Virus record (IMG/VR): IMGVR_UViG_2634166338_000002 | From: a virus | Taxonomy: Duplodnaviria > Caudoviricetes | DNA length: 64,000 nt | Reading direction: 5' to 3' (one strand) | Shown here: positions 29,749 through 38,075 of the stretch, piece after piece | How the letters are laid out: each line of letters begins with the position of its first letter | Numbering within the stretch: position 1 is the stretch's first letter | Translations under genes and position numbers: made by a program | Notes under the pieces: model-generated | Told to the model about the DNA's origin: nothing | Databases searched by the model: none | What the model saw: only the letters and a program-made list of their open reading frames with translations

Positions 29749-29810
29749 CGTCCGGAACGTCTGGACAAATCTAGAGCGAGGTGATGTCCCGGATCAATTT
29801 CCGCAGCTCA
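29749..29810 (-). promoter_or_regulatory. Leftward promoter (TTGATC-N18-TAGATT) abutting a 19-bp operator
   Basis: CGTCCGGAACGTCTGGACA at 29749-29767; TGAGCTGCGGAAA upstream of the -35. Confidence 0.75.
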
Positions 29811-29915
29811 GAAGGGCTCTCTCGTGTTGCGCATGCGACGTGCGCATACGTGTTGTGCGCCAGTGAGCGACCGTGGGCGCATGCGTGAGTGGCATGTGCG
29901 CGCCACCCACGCCTG

Positions 29916-31808
29916 TCAGATCTGGAGTTCCTTGATCACGGCCGACCACAGCAGCGCGGGATCCGTGTCGTCGTCCGCGTCCGCATTTCCCGCATCCGTG
30001 CTGCTCGCGTCCGGGTGCTGCGCGACCTGCTCGCGCTGGCGGCGGACGAAGCTGTACAGCCCGTCCCAACCGTCGTGGCCGGGCACGACGTGGCGGGGGT
30101 GGTAGTTGTCGCCCGCGTCGATCAACCGAGCGGCTAGGGCGTAGTCACCGGCGGTCACGGCCTGTAAGACTCGCTCGACCACCGCGTCGGCAGCGGCCGC
30201 CCGGTCGAACGCCGCGTCGGGCTCGGGCACGAACCCAGGGTGGTCGATCGGGTTGCACTCGATGTCTACGCACTTCACGGTGTGCGCGCACACCGCGCAG
30301 CAGCCGATCCGGTCCGCCTCCTGTTTCAGCTGCACCCAGGGGCAGGTGAACAGGTGGAAGCACACCGGGCAGGTCACCCGTGCTGGTTCGAGCCCGTACA
30401 CGTGGGACGAGGTGTCACCGTCGGGCAGGTCGATCCGGCCACACCAGCACGGGTTGGCGATGCCCTGCCGCCCGTTGCCGTGGTCGACCAACCTCACCGT
30501 CTCCGCCCGGACATGTCTGCGGCCCTGCGGCGCCGCATGATCAATCAGCGCCAGAGTAGGCGCGACCGTCTCGGAAGAGGACCCGTCGTGGAGCGCGATC
30601 ACGTGAGACGGGCCGGGGCAGGTGTCGGGCTCCTCCATGGCCTCCCATTCGTCGCGCGCCTTCCCGCACAGCGGGCAGAACGGCAGCATGACGTAGCGGC
30701 CCCAGTAGTGGCCGCCTGTTCCTGCCTGCGGCCCGAATGCTTCCTGCTGGCATTCGGTGCACGCGGCCGGGTGCCCGTCGTGACCTTGCTCGCTGTGCCG
30801 GTAGGCGGCCACCTGCCTGCGGTAGTCGTACCGACGCCCGTAGCGCGCCCGCGTGTCGTTCCCGGCCAGGGCGAAACCGCCGTAGGCCGCCGTCCACCAT
30901 CCGCCCCGACCGTCCGGCCGGTCGAGGAACCGGCTGTTGCCGTCCACGTCGACCACTCGCAGCGTGGACCCGTCGTTGGTGGACGCCTCGTTGACCTCGA
31001 CGAGGCCGAATTGCACGTGCTTGACGTTGAACCCGATCGGCGGATGCTTCAACTGCCACCAGCCGTTCGCGGCCGGCGCCGCGAGTGTCTGCTCGTCGAC
31101 GAGGCGCTCGACGGCCTTGATGATCGCCTCGGCGATCTGGTGCTCCCGGGCGTAGCGCTGCTCCAGAACGCAGGTGTCGCCGACGTAGACGACCGTGTAG
31201 GTATCCTGGCATTCCAGCCGTGACGCCCGTGACTCGTACGTCAGCACCCGCACCGGCAGGATGCCCACGGTGAATCCGATCCCGTCAACGCGGCGCACCG
31301 GCGCGCTCGACCAGCCGTTTTCCGCTACCCGGCCCTCCACGACCGGCAGCCCGCTGCCCCGGCTGACCCGTTCCATCACCTCGCGGGCGTGACTGACCAC
31401 CCCGTTCTCGGCGGGGTGCTTCTCCGCCGGGACCGATACGACGTGGCGGTCCAACGGGGTGGTCACCGGCGGGCGGCCCTCGCAGCTCACCAGTTCACAT
31501 GCCGGGTCGCCGGCGAGGTGCGTGCACCCCTGCGGCTTCGGCGGGATGGTCACCCACGCCTGGCTCGGCACGTGCCGGACCGGCGAGTGCTTCGGACCTT
31601 GCCGGTGTTCCACTGCGGTCTCGTCCACGCCGAAATACGCAGCGATCGCCCGCGTCAGCGCGCCGGTGTCGGCCCTGCCGCCCACCAGCGGCACTCTCAC
31701 GTCCGCGACCGCCTGGCCACGGTCCCACGCCTGCCAGCGCACGCTACTGCGGTTGCGGGTCTCGTCGATCCCGACCTTGACCTGCACCTGTTCCTGCTCC
31801 TTCATCAT
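29916..31808 (-). CDS. Large hypothetical protein with several Cys/His Zn-binding motifs
   Basis: CTEC, CPLC, CWCG, CPVC and CCAVC motifs; RBS GAAGGA. Confidence 0.7.
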   Translation of the reverse strand: MMKEQEQVQVKVGIDETRNRSSVRWQAWDRGQAVADVRVPLVGGRADTGALTRAIAAYFGVDETAVEHRQGPKHSPVRHVPSQAWVTIPPKPQGCTHLAGDPACELVSCEGRPPVTTPLDRHVVSVPAEKHPAENGVVSHAREVMERVSRGSGLPVVEGRVAENGWSSAPVRRVDGIGFTVGILPVRVLTYESRASRLECQDTYTVVYVGDTCVLEQRYAREHQIAEAIIKAVERLVDEQTLAAPAANGWWQLKHPPIGFNVKHVQFGLVEVNEASTNDGSTLRVVDVDGNSRFLDRPDGRGGWWTAAYGGFALAGNDTRARYGRRYDYRRQVAAYRHSEQGHDGHPAACTECQQEAFGPQAGTGGHYWGRYVMLPFCPLCGKARDEWEAMEEPDTCPGPSHVIALHDGSSSETVAPTLALIDHAAPQGRRHVRAETVRLVDHGNGRQGIANPCWCGRIDLPDGDTSSHVYGLEPARVTCPVCFHLFTCPWVQLKQEADRIGCCAVCAHTVKCVDIECNPIDHPGFVPEPDAAFDRAAAADAVVERVLQAVTAGDYALAARLIDAGDNYHPRHVVPGHDGWDGLYSFVRRQREQVAQHPDASSTDAGNADADDDTDPALLWSAVIKELQI

Positions 31809-31903
31809 CGGTCCTTCGCTCGCTCGTGGGTGCTAGGCGGGAGGCCGGGTCGTGACGCGCCCACCGGGGACGCGACACGACCCGGCCGTGGCAGTGGTGC
31901 AGG

Positions 31904-34843
31904 TCAGCCGACGCGGGCCGGAACCACGTCCGGCAGGGCCGTGAGGACGGCCCGGTCGACGGTCGCGTTGGCCGCCGTCAGGGCTCCGGCGGTCGCGAAC
32001 CGGATGCGCAGCCGGTACGGCCGCTCCGCCTTCTCCACCTCGACGCTCGGCATGGCCGCGATCACGCCGTCCCGCTTGGCGTCGACCAGCCGGTCGAGCA
32101 CGTCTTTGCGCAGCGCCCTCAACCGGGTTCCGGCCGGAAGCAGCCACACTCGCTCTCCGCCGGTGGTGCTCGGAGCCGTCATCCCGAACTTCGTCCAGTT
32201 CGACGTGCCAGTGGCGGCCGCAGCCGTCCGGGCCGGGGCCGGGCTGGGCACCGCAGCGGCTGCACGGCGCGGCGCGGGAACGGTGCGCTGCGGCTGCTCC
32301 GGCTTAGCGGCCGCCGGGCGGGGTGCCGTCTGCCGCGGCATCGGCGCGGCCGCCGCGGTAGGTGCTGCCGCCATCGCGGCGGCCACCGCCGCCTCGATCA
32401 CCTCTTCCGGGTGCCCGGCCAGAGCCTCCCGCAGCCGCTGCGCCACCGGGTTGCCCTCGATCGGGGCCGCCTCCTGCTCACGCTCAGCCACCGTCTCCGG
32501 CCCGGTCTCCGCGCTGCCGTGCGTAAGCTCGTCGGCGGCGTCCGTCTCCTCGGTGTCGGCCACCGCCTCGGCGGCGATGTCCGCGAGCGCCTGCTTCTCG
32601 GTGTCGGCCGCGATCTCCGCCTCGACCTGCTTCGCCAGGATCGCCTCCTGGATCGTCTCCCACCCGTAGGTGAGGCCGCCGCCACGGAAGAGGTGGGCGG
32701 GGGCGTTCTGCATGCCCAGGTCGATGAGTTCGAGCGCTCCATCGAAGTCGCCCATGCTCAGCCGGTTGAACGCCTGCAACGACGTCGCCTTCGGGTCGAA
32801 CTTCGGCTCACCGCCCACGATCACCGGCGCCTGCTCCTGTGCCTTCACCTGCTCGCCTCCCACCTCGTTCACGGCCGCCGCACCCTGCGGCGGCCACACG
32901 CCCTGTGCCGTGTGCGCCGGAATGGACGCCGCGAGAGCGCACAGCTTCATCCGCTCGGCCTCCTCCGCGCTTCGCACGGCCACGTACATCCGCTTGCCGT
33001 CGGGGGTGTCGGCGACCAGCACGCCCGTGGTCGTGTCCTCGCCGAAGACCCGGACCGCCGTCATTCCCGCTTGCACGGTCGCCTCCGTGACCATCTGCCC
33101 GCCGCTGCGGGCGGTCAGCTGAAGGACCGCCATCCACACCGGCCCGGCAGCCAACGCCGTCTGCTTGGTCTCCTTCGCCGCTGCGGCCCGGCCGCCGTGC
33201 ACCTTGGCGTTGCGGGTGGTCCCGCAGACACACTTCGTGAACGGGTTGGTCTTCCTGCCGTCATCGACCGCCCGTTGGAACGGGTGCGGGGTGGTCCGGT
33301 CCGGCGCCGCCGCGCTCGGCTTCGGCACGGCGGCGCCCTGCCCGCTGATGTCCGGCTGCCCGGCCGGTTTCGCCTGCGGCCCGTCGCCCAGCATGGCGGC
33401 GCTCTCCTGAGACGCGGAGGCGTCATCGGTCGGCTCGGCCGCCGCCCCCGCCGCGTCTGCCTCGGCCGTCTCCGGGCCAGTGGTCAGCGCGGGCGGGATC
33501 GCGATGCTGTCCTTGGTCTCGCCGATCCGGATGGGCATCTGGAGGTTCGTCACGCCCGGCAGCGGCTGCCCGTCGCGGTCCAGTGGCACGGCTACGAACG
33601 GCTTGTACGGGTCGACGAACCGCAGGCGCACCCGCTTCGACCCGGCGGTCTTGAGCGTGTCGGCCAGGTAGTCGGGGTTCGCGCCGACGACCATGCCCGC
33701 GCCCACCCTCGCCAGCGCATCCGCCGTCTGCTGCCCGGCTTCTGCGACCTTCCGGTCGCGCACCTCCTTGGGGTCGCGGGAGTGCCTCTTGCGCGCCTGC
33801 TTCTCGGCCTCTTTGACCGCTGCCTTCACGGCCGCAGCAGTTTCCTTCGGTGTGCCCGTGACGAACGTGAAGTCGGAGAACGTCTCGCTCGCGGCCCCGT
33901 CCTCGTCGGTGCCGCCACCGACGGTGAATGTGTCCGGCCCGAACTCCATCAGCACCGGCAGCGCCCGGGTGAGAGCGACCTGCACCCGCTCGATGGTGCT
34001 GATGAGCGAGGCCACGTCCACGTCGACGTCGAGGACGAACGCTTTCGGCACCAGCGACGCCACCGGCGGGTAGGTGCCCCCGTCGAGCGTGCGTGTCACC
34101 ACTCGCATGGTCGCGTTCTCGATGCCGAACCAGCCCGCACCGGGGCCCTTGGGGTCGTACCCGAGCGTGACGTTGGGGCTCTGGCCGATCGTCTTGGTGA
34201 CCTCCGTGAGCAGCTTCGCAGGCACCAGGGCGGTGAACTTGTCGACGTCGTTGGCCCAGTCGAGGTCCCGTACGGTCACCCGGTAACGGTCGGTGGCGAC
34301 CAGGTGCAGGGTCGTGCCCTCACCACGCAGGTGGATGCCGGTCAGCGACGGCAGCGTCTCGTCGGTGCCCGCGAATCTGGTCGCCTGTGCAACCTGGTCG
34401 GCCAGCGCCTTGCCGTCGACCAGGCCCATCAGGGGCGGCATGTCCGGCCGGGTCGGGTAGTCCTCGACCGGCATCGTCGGCAGCGTGTATGTGGTCTTGC
34501 CATTGGACAGCCGTGCCTGCACACCCTCGCCGGCGAACGCGATGGGACGGTCCTTGGCGAGCACCTTCACCCGTGTGAGCAGGTTGGCCGCGCTCACCAG
34601 CACCGTGCCGGGCTGCGTGCACGTCGCGCCGGGGAGCGTGACCGTCCGCGACTGGTCGTAGTCGAACGCCTCGATCGTGACGGTCTCGCCGTCGCTGGTC
34701 AGGATCACGCCCGCGAGGACGGGAACCGGCGGCTTCTTCGGGATGGCCCTGCCCACGAACGTGAGCGCGGCCAGCAGTTCTGGCTGCGGAACGACGAACG
34801 TCAGGTGGCCCTCCACGGGCGCCTGATTGTCGGTGGTGGACAT
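31904..34843 (-). CDS. dnaN: DNA polymerase III beta-clamp-like protein fused to a long C-terminal extension
   Basis: PVPVLAGV, AFDYD, LPTMPVEDYP, LTGIHL, LVATDRYR, GANPDYL and LQMPIR; 979 aa in total. Confidence 0.82.
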   Translation of the reverse strand: MSTTDNQAPVEGHLTFVVPQPELLAALTFVGRAIPKKPPVPVLAGVILTSDGETVTIEAFDYDQSRTVTLPGATCTQPGTVLVSAANLLTRVKVLAKDRPIAFAGEGVQARLSNGKTTYTLPTMPVEDYPTRPDMPPLMGLVDGKALADQVAQATRFAGTDETLPSLTGIHLRGEGTTLHLVATDRYRVTVRDLDWANDVDKFTALVPAKLLTEVTKTIGQSPNVTLGYDPKGPGAGWFGIENATMRVVTRTLDGGTYPPVASLVPKAFVLDVDVDVASLISTIERVQVALTRALPVLMEFGPDTFTVGGGTDEDGAASETFSDFTFVTGTPKETAAAVKAAVKEAEKQARKRHSRDPKEVRDRKVAEAGQQTADALARVGAGMVVGANPDYLADTLKTAGSKRVRLRFVDPYKPFVAVPLDRDGQPLPGVTNLQMPIRIGETKDSIAIPPALTTGPETAEADAAGAAAEPTDDASASQESAAMLGDGPQAKPAGQPDISGQGAAVPKPSAAAPDRTTPHPFQRAVDDGRKTNPFTKCVCGTTRNAKVHGGRAAAAKETKQTALAAGPVWMAVLQLTARSGGQMVTEATVQAGMTAVRVFGEDTTTGVLVADTPDGKRMYVAVRSAEEAERMKLCALAASIPAHTAQGVWPPQGAAAVNEVGGEQVKAQEQAPVIVGGEPKFDPKATSLQAFNRLSMGDFDGALELIDLGMQNAPAHLFRGGGLTYGWETIQEAILAKQVEAEIAADTEKQALADIAAEAVADTEETDAADELTHGSAETGPETVAEREQEAAPIEGNPVAQRLREALAGHPEEVIEAAVAAAMAAAPTAAAAPMPRQTAPRPAAAKPEQPQRTVPAPRRAAAAVPSPAPARTAAAATGTSNWTKFGMTAPSTTGGERVWLLPAGTRLRALRKDVLDRLVDAKRDGVIAAMPSVEVEKAERPYRLRIRFATAGALTAANATVDRAVLTALPDVVPARVG

Positions 34844-34980
34844 GGTTGGGGAACCTCCAGATGGGTTGCGCCCGGCCGTGCCTGACCGGGCGGAACGGGA
34901 TGTCGAGCGGGTTGGCCCGGCACCACTCGACGACCACCGGCCCGCACACGGGCCGGTTGTCGCCGGGCAGCGCCGGTCAG
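34841..34980. repeat. Conserved structured intergenic repeat, copy 1
   Basis: Closely similar to 35562-35693; spans from the upstream stop codon to the RBS/ATG. Confidence 0.85.
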
Positions 34981-35564
34981 TGGTGTCGGGCGTGCAGGAC
35001 CAGTTGCCGGTCGGGCAGGGCCAGCACCTTCGCGAAGTCGCAGGTGGGTGTGCCTTTCACACGGATGCCCGAGCAGCCGTGGTGGCGACAGGCGTACGAG
35101 GTGAACTGGCAGTCGCAGCTGCGGTTCACGCACGTCTCGCAGCGGCCTGCCATCGCTCGAATCGCGGCCGTGTAGGTGCCCAGGCCGGGCGCGGGCAGCC
35201 ATTCGCCGTCGAGGGCGAAGCCGCAGTGCCGTGCCAGGTCGACCTCGGCGCGGGTGAAGACGTCCGTCATGTCGAAGCGCCCACGCCTGCGGATGACCGC
35301 GTTCATGTCGATGCGCCGCCGGTCGATCGCGTCGCCGCTGCCGATCTCCAGACTGGGTTCGATGCGGCCGCCGGTGCGCCGACGAAGCAGACGGGCGGCC
35401 CTGCGGGCGGCGGCGGGCAGCAGCGTCCCCGGCCGTTGCGATTCGGCGACCAGACGGGCCAGGTCGACTCGCACTCGCCACGTGAAAGAGCCGATCTCCA
35501 GGTGCAGGAGATCCAGGGTGCCCGTGTCGAGGAGGGCGTACATCTGCTCGGGTGTGTCGTTCAT
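34977..35564 (-). CDS. Hypothetical protein, paralog family B with a Cys-rich tail
   Basis: RVDLARL...LLRRRTG...GRCETCV..CDC...C.H.GC. Confidence 0.7.
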   Translation of the reverse strand: MNDTPEQMYALLDTGTLDLLHLEIGSFTWRVRVDLARLVAESQRPGTLLPAAARRAARLLRRRTGGRIEPSLEIGSGDAIDRRRIDMNAVIRRRGRFDMTDVFTRAEVDLARHCGFALDGEWLPAPGLGTYTAAIRAMAGRCETCVNRSCDCQFTSYACRHHGCSGIRVKGTPTCDFAKVLALPDRQLVLHARHH

Positions 35565-35693
35565 GGGGAACCTCCAGATGCTCACGCCCGGCCGTGCCTG
35601 GCTGGGCGGAACGGGATACCGAACGGCTGTCCGGCACCACTCGACGACCGCCGGCCCGTGCGGGGCCGGTTGTCGCCGGGCAGCGCCGGTCAG
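35562..35693. repeat. Conserved structured intergenic repeat, copy 2 (partial third copy at 36122-36180)
   Basis: GGGGAACCTCCAGATG...GGCCGGTTGTCGCCGGGCAGCGCCGGTCAG. Confidence 0.85.
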
Positions 35694-36124
35694 CGGCGAC
35701 TCCGGTTTCGCGGGATCGCGGTGAGCACCGCGACGCCGGGGCAGGTGTTCGCTCGGTCCGGGGTCCGCTGGCCCCGACATCCGAGGTGCTCGCAGCCGTC
35801 GCTTCCGGCCCGGCATTCGCAGCGGGACACACACGTCTCGCAGCGGCCCGGCATCTCCGCGATCGGGACCGTGAATGCGTTCCGGTCCGTGCTCGTCCGC
35901 GCCCAGCTGCCGGTCGGCGCGTAGCCGGTCTTGCGGCGCAGCAGCCGGACCGCCTCGGTGGCGACCGCGCTCACCAGCGAGCCCCGGCTGCGGGTGATCA
36001 CGCGGGCGAGGTCGACGCGGAACTGCACGGTGGCGAAGCCGACGGTCACGTGCAGGCACGGGTCGGTGTGTGGGTTGGTCAGGGTGGCCGTCCAGGCGTG
36101 GGCGGACACGGTGGCGCTGATCAT
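35690..36124 (-). CDS. Hypothetical protein, paralog family B with a Cys-rich tail
   Basis: RVDLARV...LLRRKTG...GRCETCV.RCEC...C.H.GC. Confidence 0.7.
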   Translation of the reverse strand: MISATVSAHAWTATLTNPHTDPCLHVTVGFATVQFRVDLARVITRSRGSLVSAVATEAVRLLRRKTGYAPTGSWARTSTDRNAFTVPIAEMPGRCETCVSRCECRAGSDGCEHLGCRGQRTPDRANTCPGVAVLTAIPRNRSRR

Positions 36125-36245
36125 GGGGAACCTCCTGATGATGTGGCGACGCCCCTCAGCCGTGCCTGGCCGAGGGGCGATTCGTGCGGGTGGGTGAGAG
36201 TCGGAAACCGTCACGCGCCTGCCGCGTGAGTTCCGCTCGGCTCTC

Positions 36246-36307
36246 TGTCCGGAACGTCTGGACAAGAGCAGGGCAGGGATCAAATCACAAAACACCCAAC
36301 GTGTCAA
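36246..36307 (-). promoter_or_regulatory. Leftward promoter TTGACA-N17-TTTGAT with a downstream 19-bp operator
   Basis: -35 at 36302-36307, -10 at 36279-36284, operator at 36246-36264. Confidence 0.7.
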
Positions 36308-36598
36308 ATCTAGGTTCCAATCCGCGCATACGCGCGCAACCCGCCCACACGCGCCGCGCGCGTACATGGGCACGCCGGCGACGCCCTCACGCGCGCCCGC
36401 CGCACGCGCACCGCAGTCACGCGCGTGGACGCAAGGGTGCGCGTGGCTGATGACCAGCGGGTTCCACTCGCGCGCCTAAGCGATGCGCCGCGCGGGCACC
36501 AGTGCGACGCGCTCCACGGGCGCGCCCGCGAGCACGGCAGCGCACGCAGGCACCTCGCGCGAGCGCGCAAGACGCGCCCACCCGAGTGAATGAACGCA

Positions 36599-36851
36599 CC
36601 GGCACGCGCGCGCGACCGCCTGAGAGGCTCGGAGACGGCCGTGCACGCCTGTCCGGAACGCCTGGACGTCAGGATGCGCGTGCGGCCCCCACGGACGCCC
36701 TGAGGCGGTCGCGCACACCTGCCGGGATCGGCCGAGCACACCGGCACGCACGCGACCGCCCGAGAAGCTCAGGGCAACCGTTCGCGCCTGCCCGGAGCCT
36801 GGACGTCAGGATGCGCGTGCGGCCCTCACGGACGCTCTGAGGCAGTCGTGC
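36599..36851. repeat. Two tandem ~110-bp imperfect repeats, each a fold-back with a central operator-like motif
   Basis: Units at 36599-36714 and 36741-36851; GCGCGACCGCCT...AGGCGGTCGCGC arms in unit 1. Confidence 0.75.
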
Positions 36852-36867
36852 CCCACAATCGGACACG

Positions 36868-36903
36868 AAAAAGGGCGTGCCCCCGTACGGGAGCACGCCC
36901 TTT
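36868..36903 (-). terminator. Intrinsic terminator
   Basis: AAAGGGCGTGC stem with a T-tract on the - strand, downstream of ORF 36956-37780. Confidence 0.75.
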
Positions 36904-36955
36904 GCGCGCTTGCGAGTGTGGGGGTACGCGCCGTGACACGTACCCCGATCGGCCG

Positions 36956-37780
36956 TTAGGCGACGCTGGCCACTGCCGCGATCATCACGGCGTCAACGTC
37001 GGTGGACACCGCCCCGCCGTCGTGGCCGTAGGCGACCAACGTGCGCCCCTCTTTGCGGACGCTCACGCCCTTGACCTTCGCCCGCGACAGCGCCTGCCGC
37101 GCGGCCTTTGCCGCAGCCGCGATGGGCACACCAGCCGCAACCGTGAGCACGCGCTCACCCTCACTGGTCACGGCCACGCCACCCGCCGTGGCCTTGCGGG
37201 TAGCGGGCTTCACCGCAGCCGGGACGGGCTTCGCCGTCGCGCCCCTGCGGGTGGCGGGCTTCGCCGTCGCGGTCTTCGCCAGCGTATTCGCCTTAGCGAC
37301 CGCCGCAGCGACCGCCGCAGCGATGATCTCGGCGTCGACCCCATCCGCGACTAGTGCCGCCGTAATCGTCTCCGCCAGCGTCGCGCCGGTGACGGGCTGC
37401 ACCGCAGCCGGGGCGGGCTTCGCGGCCGCCCTGCGGGTGGCGGGATTCGCCGCAGCCGTCGCACCCTTGCGGGTGGCGGGCTTCGCGATCGCGGGCTTCG
37501 CCGCCGCGCCCGTCAAGTCGATCACGTCGACGCCGTGCTCAGCGAGCGTCATGATCACGTCATCGGCCGTGAACGCGCTGTCGGTGGTGGGCACCCAACC
37601 GCCGTTGTCGCGGTCCCACTCCCAACCGAAGCCGTGGCGGTTCATGAGCCGACGTGCCTGCCCGGGCTTCCCGTCCTCGCGGAGCCCATCGATCATCCAC
37701 GGGAGGCCGGTCAGGATGGGCTGGCCGTCCGCTCGCAGGGCGAGGGTCGTGATCTTCGCGGTGGTGGTGGTTGCAGCCAT
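36956..37780 (-). CDS. Ala/Lys-rich protein with histone-H1-like KPATR repeats
   Basis: Repeated (A)KPATR(K/R)(G)ATA; RBS GGGAGG. Confidence 0.7.
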   Translation of the reverse strand: MAATTTTAKITTLALRADGQPILTGLPWMIDGLREDGKPGQARRLMNRHGFGWEWDRDNGGWVPTTDSAFTADDVIMTLAEHGVDVIDLTGAAAKPAIAKPATRKGATAAANPATRRAAAKPAPAAVQPVTGATLAETITAALVADGVDAEIIAAAVAAAVAKANTLAKTATAKPATRRGATAKPVPAAVKPATRKATAGGVAVTSEGERVLTVAAGVPIAAAAKAARQALSRAKVKGVSVRKEGRTLVAYGHDGGAVSTDVDAVMIAAVASVA

Positions 37781-37804
37781 GGTGCGCCTCCCTGGCGGGT
37801 GTGC

Positions 37805-37871
37805 TGTCCAGACGTTCCGGACAGCGACGTTGCGGCCCAGACATTCCCCAGAGAGACCCAATTCTGTCAAG
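37805..37871 (-). promoter_or_regulatory. First leftward promoter (TTGACA at 37866-37871; -10 non-canonical) with a 19-bp operator
   Basis: TGTCCAGACGTTCCGGACA at 37805-37823. Confidence 0.6.
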
Positions 37872-37959
37872 CCCTAGGCGGCTAATTTGTGACTCACGAC
37901 ACAACAAAATGCGGGCAAAGGTGTACCAAAGGTGAGGCTCGCGTATAGGCCTACGCGTA

Positions 37960-38075
37960 CGTAGGGGCGGGGGTGCCCCTGCCCCCGCGTGTACGGGTGC
38001 CGCCCGGAAGGTTCGGCATCCCGCCGTCCGGACGGGATAGAAAACTTTGAGACCCGAAATTTTCGGGGTCAACGT
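37960..38075. other. Candidate cos / genome-terminus region
   Basis: GGGGCGGGGGTGCCCCTGCCCCC followed by CGGAAGGTT and CGGCATCCCGCCGTCCGGACGGG, then the inverted repeat GACCCGAAATTTTCGGGGTC; located at the strand switch. Confidence 0.4.

Noticed and set aside
31904-34843. Host chromosomal dnaN / oriC region
   Set aside because: No dnaA, recF or gyrB nearby; the gene is fused, divergent and embedded among phage genes
32411-34885. Long antisense or alternate-frame ORFs such as 32411-34885 (+), 235-1674 (+), 12566-14005 (+) and 26067-27707 (+)
   Set aside because: These are shadow ORFs of high-GC coding strands, with Arg/Gly/Pro-rich translations and no motifs
9478-37823. The 19-bp repeat as a CRISPR array or integron attC sites
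   Set aside because: Copies are hundreds to thousands of bp apart, occur in both orientations, have no cas genes or attC R/L box structure, and sit at promoters
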